Below are positions 36,873-49,855 of a stretch of DNA of 64,000 nucleotides, in pieces (position 1 is the first letter of the stretch; the number at the start of each line of letters is the position of its first letter). The position numbers and the translations under genes are program-made. Origin of the DNA: Octopus vulgaris (taxonomy: Eukaryota); assembly GCA_951406725.2 (NCBI GenBank), contig OX597831.1, positions 30,132,001 to 30,196,000 of the forward strand, given 5' to 3'. The notes below the pieces were generated by a model, which worked only from the letters and a program-made list of their open reading frames with translations, made no database searches and was not told where the DNA came from.

Positions 36873-38800
36873 TGTTATGTTCCGAAATCGTCGATAGAAT
36901 GTTTCTATCTGGCACTGTACGACCCCCAGTCGTACAGTGTTATTATCCCCAAAAGGTCGGATAGTTTTAACGTCCACTCAGTATCGCAGTATAATTACTA
37001 TATCATCACAGACACGACTATCAGCATAGTTTACACGTACTCTCGACCTTCTGGCCTCCTTGGCCTTTCTGATCTCTTGTCGACTGGCTACTGGTTTATT
37101 TATAATGGCTGACTCCTACCACATTTTACCCGGAGGGGTGTACAGTTTCACCACACAACATCTCCCCTTTTAATTTTTTATTTAAAATCAATATCTTTTA
37201 TTCACCCTACGCCCTCCTTTACGCGCGCGCGCACACACACACACATGCTCAATATCTTTTCTTCTTAGGGTCTATTTTTAGGAATTCATTGTTCTTCCTT
37301 TTCTTTGTACGTGTGGTTTCGAGTTCCTGTAACGATGCTGGAACCTGAAAAGTGTCATATAGCCAATCATGGGTATTTCTACTCTTGTTGGTTCCTTTTT
37401 TATGACTCTTTCCTTAAGCTGATTTCTGTCTCATTTCCATTCCATTTCTGCTTCTTACACCATTCACCATTCCTCCTATGTATGCTACAATTTTTCCTTC
37501 TTCCCAGTATTGGTTACCATTTTTGTACGTTCTTACATATACCAAATCACTTATTCTAAAGAATTTTGGCATGTCTTTACTAGCACGTATTTTTTTTCTT
37601 CACTGGTAACAGTTAATTGAACACTGACTTCACCTTTCTGGCAAACATTAATTCTGTTGGTGACCTTCCTTCTGGCGCATTTGGGTTCGGAGTTACCCAG
37701 TATACCCTTAAGAATTGTTGGATCGCGACCTCGTCAGTCGCTTCCTTATTAGCCTTCTTTAATGCTCCCTTAAAAGTGTCCTCGAAACGTTCGACTTGGC
37801 CAGTGTAAGAAACTTCGCAGCAGCGCTTTTATTCTACAGATACCCAGCTGTCCCACATGAAACTCTTTTAGCATTCTCTTCTGTAATATCTGTGATATGA
37901 CCAGCCTCTGAGTGTATATTTGTACACCATCACATATAGTGTACACGTTCATATTTTGGCGGTTCTTTGAATCAGACCTTTTATATTTCCTTTTGTCGAC
38001 CACAGTTCCATTAAAAAGTTTGTCATTTCTCGCATTTCTTTTTATTTCTTCCAAAGTTACTGGTAGTTCACGCACGACGTGATGTTCCACATTGCTTTTA
38101 TTCTTGTTTCATTTCATCGACCTCTTTCGATCATTTGACTACTCCATTTACGCTAATACACGAAGCGCTTATGGGTGCATCCAATACATTAAATTTCCCC
38201 ATACATTTGGTGACAAATAAATTCATGGATTTTTTTTCAACACATAAACATTCACTTTTTTGGTTCGATCTTTGAACATTATATTACAAACGCGTTCGTT
38301 CGTGAAATAAAATTTTCTTCCTGTAACACCGCACGTTATTTCGTTTGAACTACATAATTTGGGTTTTTCTCATTTGTTCCTGTTTTTTTTTTTTTATTTA
38401 TGAGTCTGATATCGCTTCCCGACTCTAATTCCATTCTGACACTAGTATTTTCAATTTTCACATTCACGAATTTTCTGTTTGTTGTAGTCACAACATTTTC
38501 TGCTGACAAACTATTTATTTTTTTGTTTGTTTCATTTTCCTATCATTCTAGTTTTGCAACACGATTTCATATCTCCTATAAACCCGCAGCAAAAACACTT
38601 TTTATACAGACATTCTTTTTTCAAGTGCATCCCACCACATTCCATACATGCGTCTACATACCGATATTTTTTCTGTTTTTCCTGCAACACTTTATTTGTC
38701 TTCCGACTTTTTTTGCATTGGTCTTATGTGAAAACACTCTTTCCGTTGAAATTCTTCCGTGTCGTGCCTTAATTTTAATATCCTGTCACACTCTTCTGAC
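36873..38800 (-). mobile_element. Decayed, internally deleted Gypsy/Ty3 LTR retrotransposon with 3' LTR (~36873-37160) and PPT
   Basis: Minus strand: knuckle-like CLYKKCFCCG, protease-like KFVNVKIENTSVRMELESGSDI, integrase EFHVGQLGICRIKALLRSFLHWP and GQVERFEDTFK...FLRVYWVTPNP...SPTELMFARK. PPT taaaaggggaga directly before TGTTGTG at 37160. Confidence 0.85.
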
Positions 38801-38854
38801 GGTTTCTACGAGATGACATCAAGAATATTATTCACACACTATCGTGTGTGAATG

Positions 38855-39074
38855 ATATATACATATGTATGTGTCTGTGTTTGACCCCACACCATCGCTT
38901 GACACAGATGTTGGTGTGTTTACGTCCCCATAACTTAGCGGATCGGCAAAAGACTACTGATAGAAGAAGTACTAGGCTTACAAAGAATATGTTCTGGGGA
39001 TCGATTTTTTGACTAAAGGCGGTGCTCCAGCATGGCCGCAGTCAAATGACTGAGACAAGTAAAAGAATAAAAGA

Positions 39075-39075
<1 letters not shown>
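38855..39075 (+). mobile_element. SINE group A, 3' half
   Basis: catcgcttgaca...ggcggtgctccagcatggccgcagtcaaatgactga. Confidence 0.85.
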
Positions 39076-39156
<81 letters not shown>

Positions 39157-39607
39157 ATAAATATGTGCACACAAATCGCAGTTATTCACACTGACATACT
39201 TATACATATATATATGTGTGTTAGTATGGGTGTATGAGTTAGAGATTGATTTTACAAAACATTTGAATTTCAAAAAGAAACTGTAAACAGCTTTAAGAGA
39301 CAGTTTTTGTTTTGATGTCGAGAATAGATGTCATTAGTAGTGGGTGCTTTATCTTTGAAGTATTAATTCCAGCGTGAGATTGTTTTGCCGTGCGTTAGAT
39401 AAAGGCTGGCTTCGTTATGGAACTTATTAAGTTTATATACTAGCGGCTGGTTTAATCACATGAATTGTTGCTCTTGTAATTATCTATGTATATGCGTACA
39501 CGCACACACACGCATACGCATACACACATACACACAACACTTACACACACACACATATATATATATATACTTCACAAAGGACTGTGAGATGTGTAAGCTT
39601 ATTTATC

Positions 39608-39692
<85 letters not shown>

Positions 39693-39719
39693 ATAGATAG
39701 ATAGATAGATTGATATATA

Positions 39720-39755
<36 letters not shown>

Positions 39756-39762
39756 TGTATGT

Positions 39763-39815
<53 letters not shown>

Positions 39816-39818
<3 letters not shown>

Positions 39819-40706
39819 GGTGAACTAAAATTAGTGTCTCAACTTTATGTGTCCCAATTGTATGTCTATTAGTTCTGTAGTTTCTTGAGGTATCCTCTTA
39901 TTATGTCATTGATTATTTCTATACGTCATTGATTATTCGACGCGTCGAATTTTGTGAGAGAATGCTGGCAGAACCCAGAGATTATAGATTTTTCATCGAC
40001 TCATTTGCTCTCATGAAGCAATCTTCCATGTTTCCATTCACATCAACCGCCATAACTGCTTCTATTATTCAGAAGGTGACCCTGAAGTGGTTTGGGAAAA
40101 GTACGTCAATTCACCTTTTCTTGTGATTTGGGCGGCGATATCGTCTTCAGGAAATTGTGTATTTTATATTCAACGAGAGACGATGGATGGTTATCGTTAC
40201 CTGGCATTGAGTGAAAACATCATCTGGCCGTATTTTCGATATCGTCATTCCAAAATCTTTGTGCAATATGGAGAACTTCCTCATCATGACAAACGTCTAA
40301 GAAACTTCCTCGATCAGCACCTACGAAATCGATGGATAGGACGTCGCGGCAGCTTTTCTGAATATCCAGCAAGTTCTCCGGATTTAACTCTGTGTGACGT
40401 TTTTCTCTGGGGATACTTCAGAGATCAAGTCTAGAAAGAAACGATCCTTAATTTGAACCAATTGGAAGAACACGTAACTGTATGTCACAGTCGACTTTGT
40501 GAACAAATGTGTCGTAATACATTCGCCGGTTTGGCCAGGTGTTATGAGAGGTGCATATCAACGAACGGCCGCCACTTTGAATAACCTGTCAAATTGATGT
40601 TCTCTTCGTGTTTCACATAAAACTTGTGCAGGTTTTCCCATTTTCATTACATTTCATGTATATTGTCAAAAACTCAAGTTGGGGCACTAATTTTGGCCCA
40701 CCCATG
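39816..40706 (+). mobile_element. Internally deleted Tc1/mariner-superfamily transposon
   Basis: RRVEFCERML, VIWAAISSSG, NRWIGRRG..EYPASSPDLTLCDVFLWGY. TIRs gggtgaactaaaattagtgtctcaactt / aagttggggcactaattttggcccaccc. Confidence 0.88.
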
Positions 40707-40782
40707 TATTTGTATGTATGTTTAAATGAATCTATATATAATACATCCACACACACATGTACATACATATGTGTGTATATAC

Positions 40783-40834
<52 letters not shown>

Positions 40835-40853
40835 GTAAACACACATATATACG

Positions 40854-40923
<70 letters not shown>

Positions 40924-41675
40924 CGTATGTGTTTATACACACGCACATACACACATGTATCTATTTATGTATACAGATACGTATGTGTATCCTGAGCGCA
41001 TGTGTGTATATATGTAGGTGTGTGTCATGCACATACAATTGCAATTGAATAAAGAATTTAAGTATTCTTTGATAAATGAATCGGTAGAAGGTTGTAAGAT
41101 ATGTTTTCACTCGAAGACAAATACAGTATAACATCTTCACCGCAAAAGATCGCTTTAGAAACAATAGCTAATCGAATGTAGTTATCTTAATCTGCTTTGA
41201 TTAAAACGAAGATTTCTCCCTGGTTACAATTCTACTCATAATTAATGTCAGTTACTGCTGAATAGTTTGAAATTTGATCCATTGTCGTGGTCAGCTGTAA
41301 TTTTGCTTAAATGGGAAAGGCTAGGAACTAAATAACGTTATATATTAGAATATTATTTACAGAGAATCAGAGAATCAATCATGGTTGTAGCGAAGCGTAG
41401 TCTAACATATTTAACGCAAGAATAAAACAGATCAGTTAACCGCGTATAATTATATCTGTAATGAGAAGAAAAAAATTTATACTAATGAATATTTATGACG
41501 ATGAACACAAGCAGTAGCAAAGAGCTCAATAGGAAAAGAAATTAAAGGAAGAATGGAGAGTATCTCTGATATTTGGCAATTTCGATGAAAACTCTCGACA
41601 TATATTGATCTTATTTACCCTCAAATGACATAGCTATGTCTGAGAGGATATTCGGCGTGAGATTAGTGGTTAAGT

Positions 41676-42048
41676 GTGGAGGCGCAATGGCCCAGTGGTT
41701 AGGGCAGCGGACTCGCGGTCGTAGGATCGCGGTTTCGATTCCCAGACCGGGCGTTTTGAGTGTTTATTGACCGAAAACACCTAAAAACTCCACGAGGCTC
41801 CGGCAGGGGATGGTGGTGATCCCTGCTGTACTCTTTCACCACAACTTTCTCTCACTCTTACTTCCTGCTTCTGTTGTACCTGTATGTCAAAGGGCCGGCC
41901 TTGTCACTCTCTGTGTCACGCTGAATATCCCCGAGAACTACGTTAAGGGTACACGTGTCTGTGGAGTGCTCAGCCACTTACACGTTAATTTCACGAGCAG
42001 GCTGTTCCGTTGATCGGATCAACCGGAACCCTCGTTGTCGGAACCGAC
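41676..42048 (+). mobile_element. SINE group B, tail type 2
   Basis: gtggaggcgcaatggcccagtggttagggcagcggactcg...; matches 45375 and 48533 copies. Confidence 0.92.
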
Positions 42049-42419
42049 GCGCACACATACAAACACACACACGCGCATACAGACAGAGATTTGTTGTTGG
42101 GTAACAATTTTGAAGAGTACTCAGTAAGAAACGTCAAGTGTTGTACTTCATTGAAACCGCTCCTGTTACTCGTAACCTAGAAGTTTCCACGGTGTGCAAC
42201 CACAAAACTTCCTTCATGCATATTACTTGTTAGAAAATCGGTAGCCCTATTTAATGTTCAGGCATCGCATTCTCTAACTGTTGTTATCACTTCACCTTAT
42301 TCAGCAATATTCAGCAATGAGCAATATTCAAAGGCGTTTCAACTAGAAGGCTCTTGTCTTTTTTTCATACAATGCATATCTGTGTTTTATACAAAGTATC
42401 TCTGCATTCATTATTAACT

Positions 42420-42905
42420 ACCTTATGTGTCTTGTAGCTGTAGCGACAGAGGTAGTATGGTGGACCCGTTTGAAAGGGTTGAAGACAGACACTTACCTCT
42501 TTGGCCAAGCCCTCCTCAACTTTTTCCAGTTTCACTTGAAAAGGAAGTTGAGGGTGGAGAGGGAAGTGTTGCCTTGTAGCAAATTTGTTGAAAGGTGGGT
42601 GAATGTTGGAAGAATGGCCAGTGTGAAAGGACCAATTTTGAGCGTGCACCTGTAAAAAGGGAATTAAAGGAGAAGGGCTCTTGCTCTATTGATCAGGCAC
42701 CCGTGGCTTTTGGGGTTTATCCGCGAGGACCTTAAAGCGCTTCCCTTATTGGGGAATTTTAATTTGTTTAATTTCTTTATTGATATTTATATTATTTACA
42801 CGCTATAAAACCATTGTATCGTCCTGTTTTTTGTCTTTTATGTTACTGTAAGTCATTTAATGTTTTTGTATCTGAAACCTTGTGGCTAATAAAAGAATCA
42901 TTTAT
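42420..42905 (+). mobile_element. 3' end of L1/Tx1-like LINE (ORF2 C-terminus + 3' UTR)
   Basis: VATEVVWWTRLK...FFQFHLKRKLRVERE...FVERWV resembles Tx1-type termini; UTR ends with aataaaa. Confidence 0.6.
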
Positions 42906-43810
42906 TACCTGCCTAATAAAATCCTCATGTGTGTATAGTAGTTTAAGTGAAAATTGGATGAAAATTGGATACCAGTTTTAGCAGGTTGCACAATTTAAAG
43001 TTCAGATGCTTTCCTTCTTACTTACAGACGATATAATGCTGATTAGTATGAAGTTCAGTTCTGACTGTGAATATATATGATTAATGCTATTCCCTTATTA
43101 ACTAAGCCATCCTTTTAGCCTGCGTAGTGCTTATAGGAATGCAATATCCAACTCTCCCTCCCTTTTGAAGAGGCTAAGTAAACTTTAGCTGCGTTTTCGA
43201 GCTTACCAAGTGTCTACTTGATGATAACTTTCTTTAAAAGTACGCTTGACTAGCATACTTGGCTTGGAGCAATATATTTCATATAAAGAGTCAGAACGTC
43301 ACTGAATATTCAGAAACATACAAGACCATCTTTTGAGTAGATGTGATTAATGTTAGTTATGTGTTCGCTAGATAATTAGTGAGTGGGTGGACGACCTTCA
43401 AGACACCAGCTATTGGGAAAGATTATGTATGCAAAGTGTATGTTAGCTGGTCACTTTGCCTGAAAACACACACTTTTCGAGATAATCACTTAAATATTTG
43501 CAAACAGCCATGAGCAGCTGCAGTAATTATCTGTAGAAATGTGAATTCATAATCTGCAGAGGTTGTCTATAAATATTCTCTTTGTAACTAATTGTGGAAG
43601 AAATGCTTACGTCCGTGGTGCAGCTGACTTCTCAGACATTTCATGATTTTTCTTTTCTTGCTCGACACGTCTGTATCAGTCGCAGATTCGGCTGTGTGGT
43701 TAAGAAGCCCACTTAGAAACTACGTGGGTTCGGGTTCAATGGTTCAATCTCACCGATGCGTGAATTTGGTGGACAGAAACTGTGTGGAAGCCCGGCATGC
43801 ATGTATGTAT

Positions 43811-43857
<47 letters not shown>

Positions 43858-44367
43858 ATTAATTATCAAACGCAGGGTAATAACTGTGAAAATAGCTTTA
43901 GAAAATCGGGTAAAAATACTTCTATAGATGGAAAATAGTCGGCAGCAGCCCTTAATGAAGTATGTACTGGGGCTGATCTGGTTGACTAATACGTTTCAAG
44001 ATGATGCCCCAGCATGGCTGCAGTCTATCTATCTTTTTATTTTAGAAAATGGCGGGTATTTTCATAGAGATATTCCACCTGTTTATCTTCGGTCGATATT
44101 TAAGTATTCATTTACCGAAGTAGTCTCCATATATATATCCCGAGGCAGTCTTTCTCGCTGTTGGCATTGTATGTTTATTTAAACAATGACATCATGCAAC
44201 AATAGAACTTAGTTACCTGATGACATTTTGGGGCAGCTGAATATCAAATATTTTCCAGAGAAATCTATTCAAATTGACGTTTTTTGTTATCTTCACTGTT
44301 TTCATTTTTTACATTATGTATTTCGTAGTTATTTCGTGATTTTTGTATTGTAAAAGATCAACATGTC

Positions 44368-44444
<77 letters not shown>

Positions 44445-44685
44445 CAATTGAGGGTAAAATTAATTAATTATTAATCAATTTCACCAAGTGTTCAGTATGC
44501 AAAGGGACCATTTAAGGCGAATTCAAATTATTACATTATATAAAAGGGCTTAGTAAAATAAATTACTTTGCGCATACTGAATCATTAGAAATAGCAGCTA
44601 AAAAACTTTTTAAAGCTATTTCTAATACTTAAAAAATCTCTCTCATATATAGTGTTTGCTTAATTCAACTCACAAAAGTTTGGGG

Positions 44686-44738
<53 letters not shown>

Positions 44739-44775
44739 TACATACATATATATATATGTATATATACACATACGT

Positions 44776-44824
<49 letters not shown>

Positions 44825-45374
44825 AGTATATATACATATACATGCACAAGCACATACACGCACGCACACATACATACACATCTATTTATATATGATTGAT
44901 TGATTGATTCCAGTTCCAGCCTATGAGCTGTGGCCATGCTGGGGCACCGCCATATATATTTATATATAGGTATATATATATGTATGAATAAATGTAATGA
45001 ATATATATGAGTTTACCTGTGTGTGATGGTGCACAACCCAATTTAATAAATAACGAATATAGGCGTGTTTGTCTAACTAAGGAGAGCCTTAAAATTCGTC
45101 AGAGAAGCCATACACACAAGGAGGTTGTTAACTGTGCATTCTGTCACGTCTCTACTAGCAATCAGTGTGGAAAAATACGCGCGTTAGGGGACGAACTGAA
45201 TTGCTATATGAAGGTCCACCAAAACATTATTATAACAACTAACTCATGAGGTGTCCATCGTTGCTACATCTGTACAAAAGCGTGTAATTCATTATCGGAA
45301 CTGAAAAGCCAAAGTGAACCTTCAAGCGATGGCATTACTCGAAAATGAGTCGCAGTCATCATGTATGTATGCAT

Positions 45375-45665
45375 TATTGAGCGAAAACACCTAAAGCTCC
45401 ACGAGGCTCCGGCAGGGATAGTGGTGATCCCTGCTGTACTCTTTCACCACAACTTTCTCTCACTCTTACTTCCTGTTTCTGTTGTACCTGTATTTCAAAG
45501 GGCCGGCCTTGTCACTCTCTGTGTCACGCTGAATATCCCCGAGAACTACGTTAAGGGTACACGTGTCTGTGGAGTGCTCAGCCACTTACACGTTAATTTC
45601 ACGAGCAGGCTGTTCCGTTGATTCGGATCAACCGGAACCCTCGTCGTCGTAACCGACGGAGTGCT
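45375..45665 (+). mobile_element. SINE group B, headless, tail type 2
   Basis: Near-identical to 41765-42048. Confidence 0.9.
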
Positions 45666-46590
45666 TAAAAAAATGCATACATGTAGCTTGCATGTGTTTA
45701 TCTATTCTGGTTTTATTTCCCGAACTAGTTTCTAATCTAGAATCAAGCTTCTTTCATTGGAATTTAAACAACATCAACGAGATAGTTGGATTACATTGTA
45801 TAATGTTCTCTCGCCAAAACACCATACCTCGTAACTAGTATCGGGATATCATTTTTGACAGCTACTTGTAATGTAGCTGATATTTTCATTCTTAATTCTA
45901 ACAGTCTCACAGTCTCCATCAGTTGTCACATCGATCTCTATTACCTGAATCCTTATCATGTTCTTGTGTATCAGTTATCTCATTGTTATTTTCATTTTCC
46001 GGATTACAAAACCACACTTTTCTGAGCAAGAACTAAAATATCTTTTGAATAAGCTTTTAGTCCAAGACAAACTACTTAGGTTATCTATGCGACTGTCATA
46101 TCTAAACTCTCTAACATTATTACCACCTACGATCTTTTACAGATAAAGAGAAAAACTTGCATGCGATATTGTTTTGCGATAGAAGTATGCAAATTGCTAG
46201 GGTGTATTTCTTTGGGCATTAAGAGGAGCACATTTCAAAATCTTTGTCTTTGTATCGATTTTGCTTACTTGCTGAATGAACACAGTTTGACTTTCAGTGG
46301 TTCGTATATACTGCCGAATAAATTTAATGGGATTGTGAAAGTCTTTTCAAATTAGTGTTAAGGCACGGCCTCCTTGTTTGCCTTTTTGTTTGAAACGGGT
46401 GTCTCTGTCACTGTTGATGTAGGAATTTCTGGTGCTGCTAACAAGTTTCGGTGTTTTAGCATCAAGGGCAAAATCTGATTTATCGTCCAAGTACTGGAAT
46501 GTGAGTTTTGGTCTTTCAAATACAGTGTGAAGGCAAAGGTCACGAACCAAATTTAAACTCATGTAATATATGATGCACTGAATAATAATA

Positions 46591-46654
<64 letters not shown>

Positions 46655-46677
46655 TGATGATGATGATGATGATGATG

Positions 46678-46718
<41 letters not shown>

Positions 46719-46877
46719 CACCAAAACAATTCAGAGACACAACATAATAATGATAAATGCCCTGATGCAGTACCAGTCAGTGGGTCTCATAGCTTCTTAT
46801 TTTAATCTTAACTGATTGGAAGTCAGTAAACATTTTATTCGTTTCAACTGAATTTCTTATAAATTAATTTTCTTTCT

Positions 46878-47595
46878 TAACGTAAGGTGTACTAGCCATC
46901 TGAATGTGGCTAGCCACTGGGGGTGGGGTGTTACTGATGCTTTTAGCCCCAGGCGATCAACGTCACCAGATTGACTTTAGACACTATCTCAGTGCCCTTG
47001 TGTTATTTGCAAAGGGAGGTCATCCTCCCTCGAAGACCTAAGTACTACATACGGACTATAGTCCCTTTGCAAATAACACAAGGGCACTGAGATAGTGTCT
47101 AAAGTCAATCTGGTGACGTTGATCGCCTGGGGCTAAAAGCATCAGTAACACCCCACCCCCAGTGGCTAGCCACATTCAGATGGCTAGTACACCTTACGTT
47201 GTCGAGCGGTTACTGTTTATATCTCGTTCAGAGATTTATTATTGCTTTCAGACAGTTTTTCTAAATCAGTGACAGTGGTTGCTGTGAAAAACGTTATATA
47301 TTATTTGCAGGGGCACTCCTTCATCGAAGACCGGTGCTTACCATGCGTTGACGAGAGGCAATTACCTTGAAACTATAGTCCGTATGTAGTACTTAGGTCT
47401 TCGAGGGAGGATGACCTCCCTTTGCAAATAACACAAGGGCACTGAGATAGTGTCTAAAGTCCATCTGGTGACGTTGATCGCCTGGGGCTAAAAGCATCAG
47501 TAACACCCCACCCCCAGTGGCTAGCCACATTCAGATGGCTAGTACACCTTACGTTGTCGAGCGGTTACTGTTTATATCTCGTTCAGAGATTTATT
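46878..47595 (+). mobile_element. Retrozyme-like insertion: inverted partial copy + 1.5 tandem copies of a 355-bp monomer, 15-bp TSD
   Basis: TSD attaattttctttct at 46863-46877 and 47596-47610. 47062-47243 repeats at 47417-47598. 46879-47062 is the reverse complement of 47372-47555. No ORF. Confidence 0.85.
47333..47394 (+). ncRNA. Type I hammerhead ribozyme (U3 core variant), predicted cleavage after GUC at 47380
   Basis: Stem I CAUGCG/CGUAUG; core UUGACGA; stem II GAGG-caauua-CCUU; GAAA; palindromic stem III ACUAUAGU; C17. Confidence 0.8.
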
Positions 47596-48532
47596 ATTAA
47601 TTTTCTTTCTGTTCTCTTTTAATACCGAAATTTCATACTGGAAGTTTTAACTCCCATTTGATAGTCATCAATTTATACGAATATATGAATATATATATAT
47701 ATACAACATATTTTTACTCTCCTTTCCCCAAACGTTGTTTCTGACAGTACTCCACTTTTATTGATAAAAATGGTACTTATTTGATTGTTTTCTTGAGATA
47801 ATTATTGCTCCATAACTGAGGGTCTTCTATGGATTAACAATCTCTTTCTCCATTTTCCATATCTATGATACTACCGCTTTTTAATTTATTTAATTAATAT
47901 TTCCATGGTAGTACTTCGCAGTTGTTCAGAGCACGTATACAATTGTTAATATACTAAATCGAAGGGACATTACTCTGTTGTTAATAGTCAGCCTCGATTT
48001 CGCTAATCACCATTAATATCATTTTAGAGATATGTGGTGTAACGGAACTTTCAAAACCAAAATAAACTCTTCCTGAAATATTTTAATACGAGAAATTTAA
48101 ATTGTTTATATTGTTTGCTCTTCCAGTTTGTAGTAGACTGCTTATTGTCGCTACTTTTATAATCTCTGTCACTTTGGGGAACAGTCAGTCTTACTACAGA
48201 TAGGGAACTAAAATAAATAAGTCAGTGTAGTCAGCGGTAGGTACTTGAACAACGTAGACAGATATAGGTATATCAAATACCATACAACATGACTTTTTGA
48301 TTTATTAAAATCAACTTCTCGAGATGTGTCATAATTATCAAATAACAATTAAAAACAGCTCCACTTTAGAAGGCTAGACAATTTGGTATGAAGTCGGCTC
48401 GATTCTATAGCAGAAGACACTTGCCCAAGGTGCCACGTACTGGAACTGAATCCGGAGGTTAGGAATCATGAGTTAGGAAGCAAGCTTCTTACCATACTGT
48501 CACTCCTGCTCTTATCTTTATTAAATAGGATA

Positions 48533-48915
48533 GGAGTACTCCGTCGGTTGCGACGATGAGGGTCCCTGCTGATACGATCAACGGAACAGCTTGCTCGTGA
48601 TATTAACGTGTAAGTGGCTGAGCACTCCACAGACACGTGTACCCTTAATGTAGTTCTCGGGGATATTCAGCGTGACACAGAAAGTGACAAGGCTGGTCCT
48701 TTGAAATACAGGTACAACAGAAACATGAAGAAAGAGCGGGAGAAAGTTGTGGTGAAATAGTACAGCAGGGTTCACCACCATCCCCTGCCGGAGCCTCGTG
48801 GAGCTTTAGGTGTTTTCGCTCAATAAAACACTCACGATGCCCGGTCTGGGAATCGAAACCGCGATCCTACGACCGCGAGTCCGCTGCCCTAACCACTGGG
48901 CCATTGCGCCTCCAC
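48533..48915 (-). mobile_element. SINE group B, full length, tail type 2
   Basis: Reverse complement of the 41676 copy. Confidence 0.92.
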
Positions 48916-49533
48916 CCTTTTATTAAATACACATTTAATAAAATGTACTTCATACTTTCTGCTTCTAATTTAACTACAGCAAATAAAATTATAATTGGCT
49001 TCCTCAGTTTTGTTTTTCCGCGTTTCTTCGCAGGTATTGTTTGTTCTTGACATGTTCAACCACGATGTCTGTGGCAAATCTCCGAAGGGTGAATACAAGT
49101 TTGAGTTGGATATCACTACGAGCTTCAATAAAAAGGTTTCTCCTATGCCGATAATAGCAAGAATAATCAATTATTTTAACGAGGATGACAGCTGTGGTAT
49201 TAATGTTGGAGATAATACTCATCACTGATTCAATGAATAGTCTTCCACGCCAGTTATGTAATTGCTCGCGTCGAGTGTTTGTATGTATGCTACTATGTAT
49301 GCATACATGCACGCACGCATATATGTATGCATGTATGTGTGCATGTATATACGTATATATGCATGTATGTAAGTATGTATGTATGTATACATGCATGTAT
49401 AGATGGATGTATGTATGGATGTTTATTTATGGATAGATGTCTGGACTGACAGATAGATGAATGTATGTGTGTTTGGAGGGGTGGATCAATGTTTGTATGT
49501 ATGTATGTATGTACCATTGTATCTATGTTTCTA

Positions 49534-49596
<63 letters not shown>

Positions 49597-49680
49597 CCAT
49601 GTTGATTCGCTAGCTTCTGCACGCATTTTTTTCTCTCCTTGTTTCTCTCCTTGTTTCTCTCCGTGTTTCTTTTCTGTGTA

Positions 49681-49718
49681 TCTTTCTGTCGAAGAGCGTA
49701 GGCTCGAAACGTAAAAGA
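49681..49718 (+). ncRNA. Minimal hammerhead-like motif with variant core in a (TA)n-flanked repeat (~49594-49815)
   Basis: UCUUU-CUGUCGA-A-GAGC-guag-GCUC-GAAAC-GUA-AAAGA; A6 replaced by U. Confidence 0.6.
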
Positions 49719-49814
49719 CTTGTTTTATTTATATTCCTGAGCGCCACACTAATACAACTGTTTGTTTATATTCCACCTGCCTTCGTCTTTTGTTTATTTT
49801 CATAAAGCATCCCG

Positions 49815-49851
<37 letters not shown>

Positions 49852-49855
<4 letters not shown>

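Noticed and set aside
41676-41750. SINE heads as real tRNA genes
   Set aside because: They have A/B boxes but no complete cloverleaf and run into SINE body and tail.
47610-48380. Possible highly decayed Penelope RT/GIY-YIG sequence on the minus strand next to the retrozyme-like insert
   Set aside because: Only faint motif echoes (DYKSSDNKQ, a Cys pair) among many stops; needs a TBLASTN/HMM search to support.
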